From Tubulanus polymorphus (taxonomy: Eukaryota > Animalia > Nemertea): a DNA stretch of 64,000 nt. The number at the start of each line of letters is the position of its first letter. Within the stretch, counting starts at the first letter, position 1. Under the pieces are notes generated by a model. That model searched no databases. It saw only the letters and a list, made by a program, of their open reading frames with translations, and was not told the origin of the DNA. The position numbers were made by a program, and so were the translations under genes. Positions 11,140 to 21,805 of the stretch are shown here, piece after piece. The stretch covers positions 14,446,001 to 14,510,000 of the forward strand of contig NC_134025.1 in assembly GCF_964204645.1 (NCBI RefSeq), written 5' to 3'.

Positions 11140-12603
11140 ATGGATGTAGAAGGTGGAGAAGATAATGAAATGGACGGCATGGGAAATAATAATGAAGGAT
11201 ATATTGATGATGATTATAATGATGCAGAAACTAATATTGATAATGATGATGAATCAGCATATAATTCTAATTTAGCAGATAGTGGTTCTAAAGGTCAATC
11301 AACAGATGAATTTGATAGAAGAACTAGATCGAGAATAAATCCTGAAAATGAAAATCAAGGTTTATCGAGACGAGATTTAGAAAATAAAGAATTTATATAT
11401 AAGTTCCAACGTGCATTTGAAAGATCTGTATATAATATAAATTACAGAGGTGCCAGATTTTTAGTAGAAGATTTAAAATATTTAGATGGTGAATATTATT
11501 ATAAATTGAAAGATGATTATTATATTAATATCACTAATCAAAGGACAAGACTAATTAAAATATTAGCAAAATCAACTTTGAGTGATTTAGAACCAGATAA
11601 AATTAAGAGAATAAGTAATAGTAATGAAATAACTGATGTTACACAAGAAGAAAGAGATGATAATATAAGAGTATTTAGTCAAAGAATTGATGACTTATTT
11701 AAAATAATCGATGATAATCCAGAAACAGAAACAACTTCTGAACAGAATAAAACTTCCAAAACTAGTAAACTTAAATCAAATAAAGTTCCAATTGAAAAAC
11801 TTTTACCGAATGGATTAATTGATGCAACAGATCAACAATTAGAAGATTTGAATAATATATTTTCTGATGAAGCAATTAGAGAAATTAAAAGTATAAGACT
11901 TGCATCTGATAAAATTGCGCATGATAAAAGTATAAGAGATTTAAAAATTAGAACTTTAGAAGATGAATTATTTAAATCAAGAAAAGAATCGGAACCACTA
12001 AAATTAGATAGAGATAATAAAGTTATTGAAGAAATCGAATTTAAAAAAAGAAATGCGTATTTAGAAAAAGAAAAAGATGATTTAGTATATAACATAGAAT
12101 TATAAAAAGAAGAAATTAAATTGTTATTTAAATCATATGATTATAATATTAATAGATTAAAAGTTATTTTTAAAGATTTGTTGATAAAACCAGATTCTAA
12201 AATATCATTGAAGGATAGAATAAAATTATTATTAAAGTTAGAAGGAATAACAATTCTTTCAATTCTAACAGCTGTAACTATGTTATTTACAACAATTGGT
12301 TTAGCAATATCAAATGCTTTGAAATCTACTCCTACTCCCAATAAACCGGATAAACCCCCGAATGATAATAATTCTATACAAGATAAAGTTAAAGATGGTT
12401 TAAAGAAATTAGCAAAATATTTATGGGAACTATCTAAAAAATCTGCTGCAGCATTGCCAGGAGTTATTGCATCAATTGTTGGTTTTATATTGAAATCTGC
12501 AGGAAACATTATTAACTTTGCTGCTGAAAATATTATTTTATTTTTAATTACAGTTGTAAGTGCAATTATTTTTGGGTTAGTAAACATGATAAAAAATAAA
12601 TAA
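11140..12603 (+). pseudogene. Acidic N-terminus / long coiled-coil protein with C-terminal hydrophobic helices (in-frame stop at 12103-12105)
   Basis: ORFs 11140-12105 and 12121-12603 are in the same frame and are contiguous in copy 2 (33432-34742). Confidence 0.72.
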
Positions 12604-12623
12604 TTAATTTTTTTGTTAAATAA

Positions 12624-13871
12624 ATGAGTGGGAGTTATATCAATCCTTCTAAGAATCATAGAATATCTAATGCTATTAAAGCAGAAAGATCACATCATAT
12701 AATTACTCATAACCCTTCTAATATTAATCCCGATGAAACTTTATATGTTAGAATTCCTCGATTAACACAAAATACTTTTTATGTTCCATATAGTATTTAT
12801 TTATCAGCCGATATAAAAGTAATCGGTAATAATAATAATTATGTTGTTGATAATGTTGGAAGATATTTGATTAAAAAATTAACAATAAAGATTGGTCCAG
12901 AAACAGTTTTCTCATCAGAAGATTATAATTTATTTATGCATTATAAAGATTTATGGTTAACTAAAGAAAATAGAAATAATATGATATTTCAAGGAATCAA
13001 ATCAGAAAACAAAAATAAATTAAGATCAGAAGCACATAATGCAATATTAACTAATTCTGTAGATAAATTGATAAAAAGTATATATGGAAGCAAATATAAA
13101 ATTCCATTAGACTTTGAATTGATAAATAACAATGCACCTTTATATAAATACGCAATTCAAGAAGATGTTATATTCGAAATAACATTTGCTCCTGTAAATG
13201 AAATTGTATTATCTAGCGTTAATAAAGATATGAGTTATAAATTATCGAATATATGTTTAGAATATGATACAGTAACTGATGAAAATATTGCAAGTATAAT
13301 TCAAACTCAATACAATCAAGGATTTTCATTATTATATGATTATATTGATAAATTTAAAACTGTAACTATTAATGCAAATGATGAAATTATCAATGAGAAT
13401 ATTAACTTCCCAAGAAGATCTATTAAAGGTATATTAATATTTTTTACCATTGCAACATATACTTATGGCGCAATAAATGTTGATAATTATTATAATCCTG
13501 AAATAACAAAAGTAGAAATAACTATCGAAGGAATAGCAAATAAAATATTTTGTCAAGGAATGAGAATGATTGATCAATGGCCAGAAATTAGAAAACATTT
13601 TATGAATGAAAAAGTGAAATCATCTGAAAATTGTAACATTAATCAAATTGATTATTATACCGGTAATAAATATGCATTATGGTTAGATTTTAGAACAACA
13701 GAGGATAATTCATTACATGGTTCTGGAAAAAAATTACAAAACACTAAAGATGGAATACAATTATTCATGACAAAGAATAAAGGAATCAAAAATTTTTAAA
13801 TGCACATTTATATTATATCTGACGCGCAATTAAATATTGTAAATTCTCAATTAAATAGTGTTATGTATTAA
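12624..13871 (+). CDS. Major capsid protein (double jelly-roll type), frameshift near the C-terminus
   Basis: ~415-aa beta-rich ORF conserved in all three copies (ITHNPSNINPDETLYVRIP, NICLEYD, INENINFPRRSIKGIL, ALWLDFR); position and size fit a Polinton MCP. Confidence 0.8.
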
Positions 13872-13903
13872 AATTTTAACTTTAATAAAAATTTATATAA
13901 TAA

Positions 13904-14788
13904 ATGGAAGGAGGTAAAGTATATAAACATATTCCATACATCGATACACATGAAAATAATGATGGTTTATATTATGTAATACCTTGTAATATAGCTTTGA
14001 TATTTGATCCTATTTTCAAAATTTATAAAACTAAACTAATAGAAATCGATAATAATAAAAGTGAAGTTGTTGATAATTTAAGTAATGTAATACCTTCTAC
14101 ATCTAATAATGTAATACCTTCTACATCTAATAATGTAATACCTACTACATCTAATAATGTAATACCTACTACATCTAATAATGTAATACCTTCTACATCT
14201 AATAATGTAATACCTTCTACATCTAATAATGTAATACCTTCTACATCTAATAATGAAATAATATTAAATGTTAGTGAAAATAGAAATTATTGTGGATATT
14301 GTAAAAGTGAATTTTCAAACGCTACATCAAATTGGAATAAACATATGAATACAAGGGTACATATAAATAATGTTATAGAACGTGTTGGTTTAAAAGAATT
14401 TATAGAACACCCATTTAGATATGTTACAAAGTTTGTTTCAAATCAAAAAGTAAATGGTGAAAAAATATATGAAGATTTATTATTAGCAACACCTAATAAA
14501 GATGAATTAGATCTAACCGATGCTAATGAAATATTAGGATCAAACACTGTAAATGAAATATTAGGAGCAAACACTAATAAAGATTCTATGAAACATAAAG
14601 TAGAAAATAATGATAAATTTGATTGGATGAATAAGCATAACAATGAAACAACTATTGATGATGCGGTAAAAAAGGTGAAGAATAAGTATAAAAATAATAG
14701 AGAATTTGAAGAAGAAAATTCGGTAGAGAATTTAAATAAATTGTTAGGGTCTGATAGTGAATTGGAGAGTGATGATAAAAGTGATTAA
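13904..14788 (+). CDS. Zinc-finger protein with VIPSTSNN repeats and acidic tail
   Basis: CGYC...HMNTRVH C2H2/U1-like finger; seven 8-aa repeats. Confidence 0.7.
   Translation: MEGGKVYKHIPYIDTHENNDGLYYVIPCNIALIFDPIFKIYKTKLIEIDNNKSEVVDNLSNVIPSTSNNVIPSTSNNVIPTTSNNVIPTTSNNVIPSTSNNVIPSTSNNVIPSTSNNEIILNVSENRNYCGYCKSEFSNATSNWNKHMNTRVHINNVIERVGLKEFIEHPFRYVTKFVSNQKVNGEKIYEDLLLATPNKDELDLTDANEILGSNTVNEILGANTNKDSMKHKVENNDKFDWMNKHNNETTIDDAVKKVKNKYKNNREFEEENSVENLNKLLGSDSELESDDKSD
14087..14254 (+). repeat. 24-bp coding minisatellite x7 (GTAATACCTWCTACATCTAATAAT)
   Basis: Directly visible; x5 in copy 2 (36241-36360). Confidence 0.95.
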
Positions 14789-15187
14789 GATATCAATTAT
14801 ATTTAACACAAATAATAATATTAGTTGAAAATTGTATAAAATAATAGTAAATAAAAAAGGGGGTTTTAAGTATTTAAGGCATCTAATAGGGTATCTAATA
14901 AATATCTAATACATATCTAATACATATTATTTGAAAATACCTTAAATTATATTTCTTTTTTAAATTTATATTGAAACCTCAGTAATTATAAATAACCTTT
15001 ATTATTTTCAAACTTATTCATATATTAGTTGAAAAAATAAAAATAAATTGGTTGAAAATTGTATAAATAATATTTATTTTAAAAAAGGGGGTTTTAAGTA
15101 TTTAAGGTATCTAATAGGTTATCAGGTATTAGGGTATCTAATGGGGTATCAGGTATTAGGGTATCTAATACATAGGTATACAAATAG

Positions 15188-15758
15188 TTATTTTATAAAT
15201 TTATATTCATAGGGAAATTGTAATCTCAGTAATAATTTTGAACCTTTATTATTCTTTAATTTATTCATATATTCATCATGTAATTCAGTAGGTATAATTT
15301 GATTTTCTTCCAATGATTGTTGCATAGATTTTTTATCTTTGTTATAAAATAAAACTAGAAATCTTATATTCTCCCTAAAGTCTTTAACAATTGAATTATA
15401 TTTTTGATTTAAAACCCATGTTGTTATCCCAAAATGTCTTCCAGAGAAAGCTAAATAACATAACTCACTTTCTCTCACTTTTGAGTCATGTAAATTAGCG
15501 CAATCATCTACAATGAATAATGTATTTGATCCTTTATAAGTATCAATTGCTATTTTAATACAATTATCTAAATTTCGTTTTACTATTTTAGGATCTAATA
15601 TAATTCATTTCATAAGTAGGACAAAATAATATTATATTATCAAAATGATTCTTATAAATAGTTTCTAACAAATCTAATATGAAATGTGTTTTACCACAAT
15701 TGGTTACACCAGTAACTAACATATTATGCGGTTCGAATATAAATAAATCTTTATTCAT
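15188..15758 (-). pseudogene. A32-like (FtsK-HerA) packaging ATPase with internal deletion
   Basis: Walker A GVTNCGKT, Walker B FIVDD, GRH motif; intact in copy 2. Confidence 0.88.
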
Positions 15759-16802
15759 TTATTCTTTTAATTTTACTAGATAAAATCCATTCATTAAATT
15801 TATCATCATATCCTTTATATTTCACCAAAGAATACTTTTTTCCTTTAAGAGTTTTTGTTTTCAATACTTTTTCTATTTTGTATTTCATCTGGATTTGGTA
15901 CAAGTGATAATTCTTGTTCATAGAAATAACCTAATATTTCTTCATCTTTTAAATCTTCTAGTTTATATACAAATGGTTTAGTTAATATTATCTTTTTAAT
16001 CTTGAATATTTCTTCAGTAAAATTTGGAGTATAACCTTTATAAAATGTTTTTCTATATTTAGATATTCTAACGTGTTGTCCTATTTTAAATTTAGGTTCG
16101 CCGAAATCATGTGTAACAAATGCTCCATATAAATTATTCCAAACTATTTCCGAATTATCTTCTTTTCTAGCTTGTATAGGTTTCATATTTATAGAACTAT
16201 GTTTAGAATTATTATAACCTTTCACTAAATCATCTAACACATCGATATATTTATATGTTTCATTAGCAGTAAAATATTTCCACATTCTAGTTTTCAATGT
16301 TTTATTAAATCTTTCTATTATAGATGCTTTTTCATCTGAGTGTGTTGAAAAATAGTCTACATCGTTATCAGATAATAGTTTTTTAAAATGTTTGTTATAA
16401 AATTCCTTACCTTCATCAAATTGTATCTTATCTGGAATAGCTTCTTTAAATATTGATTTAAAAGCATTTGTCACTTCTGTATCGACTGAATATGTCTATA
16501 ACATTCAGTATCCAGAAATATCCTTTGTTGTATTCCTCTAAGTTCTTCATGTCAATTAAATCTGCTTGCCATTGTTGATCGATATATGAAACCATAACTT
16601 TTCTTATTAAATAAGTTTTATCCATTTTCTTGTGGATTTGATATGTTGGTTGATTTTGTAACCATGATTTCAATTCACTATATTTTACATTGCCATTTTC
16701 CTTATCAGATTTAATTTTACCCCATAATTCTGTAACGTTAGAATATGATACTTCACTTTCTGGGTTATAATATAAATCTCTTAAATATTGTTCTTTTTTC
16801 AT
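15751..16802 (-). pseudogene. Retroviral-like (rve) integrase with C-terminal chromodomain, frameshifted
   Basis: QWQADLID, IQFDEGKEF, IERFNKTLK (DDE); C-terminus KIEKVLK...LVKYKGYDDKFNEWI. Confidence 0.9.
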
Positions 16803-16808
16803 CTTATT

Positions 16809-17133
16809 TTAATCCATTAATAATAATTTAGATTTAGTTTCAATGGCTTTATGATTTGATTTATTTTCTGGTATAATAGGTTTATTGTCATTGGAATCAT
16901 CTTTATCATCATATTTGAATTTTGAATGTAATATATAATTTATAATTAATTCCAGCATTGGAAGAATCAGATGGATTATTACTTGAATCAATATCAGATA
17001 AAGTCTGTGATTCATTTATATTAGTTAATTCCTTTTTCTTAGCTTTTTTTAATTCTGAAGATCTTTTACCTAATTCTCTTGCCCATTTAATTTGTTTCTC
17101 GGATCTAGCCTTTTTCTTAACTCCATCACTCAT
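16809..17133 (-). pseudogene. Small basic protein (TM segment deleted relative to copy 2)
   Basis: MSDGVKKKARSEKQIKWARELGK; copy 2 version (39038-39328) has TM YITIGLVTVIILSGVIY. Confidence 0.6.
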
Positions 17134-17728
17134 TTATTTTAGTTAATTTTTGTTCTGATTCATTTTCTGTTTCGCTGTTTGGTTGTAGTACATCTGTTTC
17201 GTTCTTACCTGATTTATATTCCATAGGCTTGATATTCGAAAATGTTATGACGCCAGTAGAAATTAATGTCATAACAGATCCTAATTGAAATGAAGCATAA
17301 CCAACCCATTTTTGTAATTCAGTCATAACTAAGTAGTCATTTTTCAAATCACTATATAATTTATTTTCATCATCAATTGGTATTAACTGGTTACATAACT
17401 TAGAATAACATTTGACAATACCATCTGAAATAGAATCATTTATTCGGGCTAATCTTGCCTCTTCATAAATCTTAAAATATTTTATTACTTTATCCGGTTT
17501 CATAGAGTCTAGTTCTTGAAAAGTAATGGTCTTAGTTAAAAATTGTTTAGATTTGCCGCCAGCAATTAGTAACTCAAGATGGTGTTTACAATATAAATAG
17601 TATTCATAATCAATATTGTTATTAACTTGAATAGAATTAGAAACAACTGGATCCTTATTATCACTTATACCTAAATCATCTAATGTTTTTTCAATATCAA
17701 TACTATTCTTATTAGATTTCTTTGACAT
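17126..17728 (-). CDS. Polinton hypothetical protein (200 aa) with a hydrophobic segment
   Basis: Intact ORF with TAAATG start; disrupted homologue at 39321-39922. Confidence 0.7.
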   Translation of the reverse strand: MSKKSNKNSIDIEKTLDDLGISDNKDPVVSNSIQVNNNIDYEYYLYCKHHLELLIAGGKSKQFLTKTITFQELDSMKPDKVIKYFKIYEEARLARINDSISDGIVKCYSKLCNQLIPIDDENKLYSDLKNDYLVMTELQKWVGYASFQLGSVMTLISTGVITFSNIKPMEYKSGKNETDVLQPNSETENESEQKLTKINE

Positions 17729-18030
17729 TTATATTAGAGAAATTTAATAAGAAAAATATTATAAGTATTATAAAATGATACTAGATAGTTAAAGTTAAAG
17801 AATTCTAGTATTGACTACTGATACTAGCTATTTGAATTTAAAGAATTTCTATTTGAATCTATTCAAAATATAAAGTATTCTCTTTTTGAAAAGAAAATAT
17901 TAAAAATATAATAGAATTCACTTGCTAGTTGAAGTTATTGTTTTTTTAATATATTTTATTTGAATTCTATTTGATATCTCACTACTTTTGTTTATCTATT
18001 AGGAGCAGTAATCATAACTGTCCAGATAAG

Positions 18031-18711
18031 TCATTTCGGATCCTTGATATCAAATTCCTCAACGTATTGTTCATTATTTGGATCATTGTTCCATTGATCA
18101 ATAAATTTCTTTGCCTTTGTTAACTGTTCTGAATATAACTGTAAATCTAGTTTATTAGATTTAATTATGTTTTCCTTCTTTTCTAAAGGTCTTAAATTTT
18201 TCCAGTTCCATATTAGCTTCTTATTATAATCATCACTCATGTCAAATTTAGAAATCGGCAACACATAATCAATATGAAAGTATTCACCATAATTATCTAT
18301 ATTCATTTTATCATCGAATTGATATATTATCCATGATTTAAGAAATTTATCTGAACAACCCAATAAATTAGATAGTGTTTCTGAATGTGTTTCTTTGTTG
18401 AATAATTGTGTTAATCTAGATCTTAAGCATTGTTTCAATCTAAAATTAAGATCTGTTTGATATCTTTCTCTCATATATTCTGTCATATAATCATTATAAG
18501 CTTCTCTATTATCTTCTCGATATTGTTTGGTATATAGTTTAAAACAAGTTTTACAACAATATTGAAAACCATCTTTGCTAATCTTACGCTTATTAAATTC
18601 TGTTATAGCTAATTTATCTAATTCACATTTAGAACACTTCTTGTAGTATATATTTATAACACCACCAGTGTTATTTGTAATATTGATAATTTGTGGTTGT
18701 TCTGGTTCCAT
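18031..18711 (-). CDS. HNH endonuclease of the type common in large DNA viruses (first His changed to Tyr in this copy)
   Basis: CSKC...CKTC zinc ribbon; HID(Y)VLP...NWKNLRPLEKKENIIKSNK. Confidence 0.8.
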   Translation of the reverse strand: MEPEQPQIINITNNTGGVINIYYKKCSKCELDKLAITEFNKRKISKDGFQYCCKTCFKLYTKQYREDNREAYNDYMTEYMRERYQTDLNFRLKQCLRSRLTQLFNKETHSETLSNLLGCSDKFLKSWIIYQFDDKMNIDNYGEYFHIDYVLPISKFDMSDDYNKKLIWNWKNLRPLEKKENIIKSNKLDLQLYSEQLTKAKKFIDQWNNDPNNEQYVEEFDIKDPK

Positions 18712-18854
18712 TTATTATATGTATTTTTTACTAAATTGGTTAATATTTTAGAATCCTCTTCCATTTCTTCGACCAACGTCGTCCTTTTTCATTCCTCGTT
18801 GCTTTTGATAAGTTGTTTCGATTCCTTGATATTTAAATAATACCACTGGGAAAA

Positions 18855-19300
18855 AGCGCGCATTCATGCGCGCTTTTGCTTAATGCGCATGCGCTAATCA
18901 TAATTATATATTCATTATGTAAATTCTGTAAAATAGGAACAACCGAACACAGAAAATATCAAAACGTGTTCGCATTAAGCAAAACCGCGCATTCGTGGGC
19001 GCTTTTGATCAATGAGCATGCGCTAATCATAATTATATATAATTATGTAAATAGAAACAACCGACATGAAATATCTAAACTTGTTCGCATTAGGCAAACC
19101 GCGCATTCATGCGCGCTTTTGCTTAATGCGCATGCGTTAATCATAATTATATATTCATTATGTAAATTCTGTAAAATAGAAACAACCGACATGAAATATC
19201 TAAATCATACCACTGAGCAAACCGCGCATTCGTGCGCGCTTTTGATCAATGCGCATGCGCTAATCCTAATTATATATTCATTCTGAATAGAAACGACCGA
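18855..19300. repeat. Four ~114-129-bp tandem units with GCGC-rich cores (TGCGCATGCG)
   Basis: Units start near 18857, 18986, 19100 and 19223; absent from copy 2. Confidence 0.9.
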
Positions 19301-20019
19301 ACATAAAAATTCACCAATCAGATTTACACAATACATTATACAAGTTGTTCGGCCATTTCTTCCAATACATCATTTGATTTCTATAAATACAATTAATAAT
19401 TACAAACATTTTTTCAATTGCTGGTAAATATTTAACTACATCAACAAATGTTAAACTTAATCATTGGAGTCTTAATGTTTTTGAAATTCTTATATAGTTT
19501 CTTCGTCGATCTTTTGGCGATTCTTGTGTTTCTTGTGCTAATTTCTATTGGTTCGATATCCATTGCTGTTGATTCCTCAGTCAGAAAGAGTATCTTGAGT
19601 TTCTCTATCACTTCTTGATGCGTATGGCGTTTTATTAATCTAAAAGATATTAGCGGCAACTCTAGCCATCTAAAATATATACTAAATACACTTAAATATA
19701 TCTAAAGGTTTCATATTTAATAGCCCTAATAACTACAAAAAACAGTACTTACATTTAGATTTAGAATTGTAAACTATAAACTCCTAATTTCGTTTCGAGA
19801 GATAGAATATCCTGAGCGTAATGTTACAGCGCCTGTTCATTTCTTGCCACGTCATCTGGTTCCGGTTCTAGAGTGTTCTACACGTTTGCAATATTATGAC
19901 TCATATGTCTCGGCGTCATAGTAACAGCTGTAACAGCTGTGAATTTTAGATTTATTCAATAGTTCATTACATGAAATGTATATAGGCTCAAATAAAATCA
20001 TGTTCTAGTTTAAACAGCT

Positions 20020-20581
20020 ATGCATTATTTCAATCACACTTAACTAACACTTTTAATGTTTAAAAATCTAACTCACACAAATATGAATATTGAAATAATG
20101 TTGTAAATATATACTTTTATATTGAATAATCTGTCAATTTAAATGTTATTCATTTATATGATTATTTTAAGAGTAATAGGGGTAATGGGCTTTCAGGTTA
20201 AAGGTTGAACGGTCGAGCTCATTAAAAACAAAACATTAAAAGTAATTTAAAACTATAATATATTTTCATAACCGTGTGTATTTCAGTTGAATAATAGAAT
20301 AATTATCATTATTAAAATATATTTGATTATATGAATTTGTGTATTGTAAATAAATCAATTGGTCGCGGAGCGGAGCGGCAGCGAAGTGGAGCGACCAATT
20401 GATTTAATACAATATGCTTTTAAAATTAAAATTATTAATATCTTAGAATAAATATTTAGTTATAATATAAAATACACACGGTTATGAAAATATATTATAG
20501 TTTTAAATTACTTTTAATGTTTTGTTTTTAATGAGCTCGACCGTTCGACCTTTGATTTGAAAGCCCATTACCCCTATTACT
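20020..20581. repeat. Right terminal inverted repeat of copy 1, including ~410-bp fold-back hairpin (20172-20581)
   Basis: Matches 42400-42960 directly and 26580-26960 inverted; arms 20172-20283 and 20470-20581 are reverse complements with 4 mismatches. Confidence 0.92.
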
Positions 20582-21757
20582 GATGTTACCTCACAACGAC
20601 CTTGTACATATATTGAAACCGGACGGCAAGCCTTCTCATTCTACTGATGTTGCCAATTTGAATCATGTACGAAAAGCCTTCTAATGGCTTCAGATTCATA
20701 ATCATCTTTGTGAAAAAATTACTATCGCATCTAATTGTCATTCATTGCCATCGAATATGTCTGTAAACATTGATGGATTTCTCCATTATAGTTCTATTTC
20801 CACCAATCGCACTATCCCACAAAATTTAACTGCCGCGTCTATCAAAACCGACAGATATTGAAACATCCCCTTTGGAGAGGGAATGGCTTTCCCATGGCTA
20901 TTCCCAGATGGTAAATATGGTATATCCACATTACCTAGTCAACCGCTTATTGAAGTACTACCACCAGCGATTATACAATATTGACCCCCGCGTCACAACA
21001 TTTCCTACATTTTCAATGCGGTCAGTACTTCTGAAAAATCTCTTCTTTTTAACACAGTTAGTGTTTATGCACAGATGAAGCCAGAACAACCTACTGATTA
21101 CAATAATGATAATAATTTTCCATGCCCTGAGATGAGTAATACATACATGTTCACAAAAACTATTTGAGGAACAGCAGCCTATTTCAGAAATTCACTATAC
21201 AATCTACTAGCGATGATGAAATGCCTAGGCCCACCAACATTGCTTGTAACCTCGTCTGCTAATGATCACCATTGGCCTGAGCTATATGATTTCATTATAG
21301 CTAACCTTAGTAACATGGAAAATGATATTTCCCACATAAAAGATCTTTCAGCCAAATCTGGTTCGGCAAAACCCTCTCATAACAGCTTTACACTTTGAAC
21401 GACGTTGGAAAGCTTTACTCAACCACATTTTGAAAGGACCACTGAAACCTCTGGGAGACATAGCTGATTATTTTGCGCACACTGAATTTCAGCTGGGGTG
21501 TCTAGTCATCTTCATATATTCTTCTGGTTAAAGAATCCGCCGAATTTTCAAACTGATCCTTATGAAGACATCGTCTCTCTTATCAATTCTATTATATCAA
21601 CTCAAATACCATCTGACTGATATTGAACTTCAGAATTTAGTAACATCGTTACAAAAGCACTCACATTCACATAACTGCAATAAACGGGGTAAACAATGCA
21701 GGTATGGATTCCCACAACGATTGTGTCTTCAAACAAAACTCATATCACATGTTGACC

Positions 21758-21805
<48 letters not shown>

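Larger units (their letters stand above)
2485..20581 (+). mobile_element. Polinton/Maverick-like endogenous virus, copy 1 (5' end outside window beyond the hAT insertion)
   Basis: pPolB, minor and major capsid, ATPase and integrase genes; right TIR ending ...CCCCTATTACT (5'-AGT terminus on the opposite strand); colinear with copy 2. Confidence 0.93.

Noticed and set aside
11832-12659. Antisense ORFs opposite Polinton genes (also 14443-14643, 33683-34726, 36549-36749)
   Set aside because: Shadows of the coding strand; no independent motifs or promoter signature.
18876-19286. 136-aa repeat protein
   Set aside because: Read-through of a non-coding tandem repeat with a non-ATG start.
20355-20400. 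Flip/flop isomers of the terminal hairpin
   Set aside because: All three visible apices have the same orientation relative to the element interior, so there is no evidence here.
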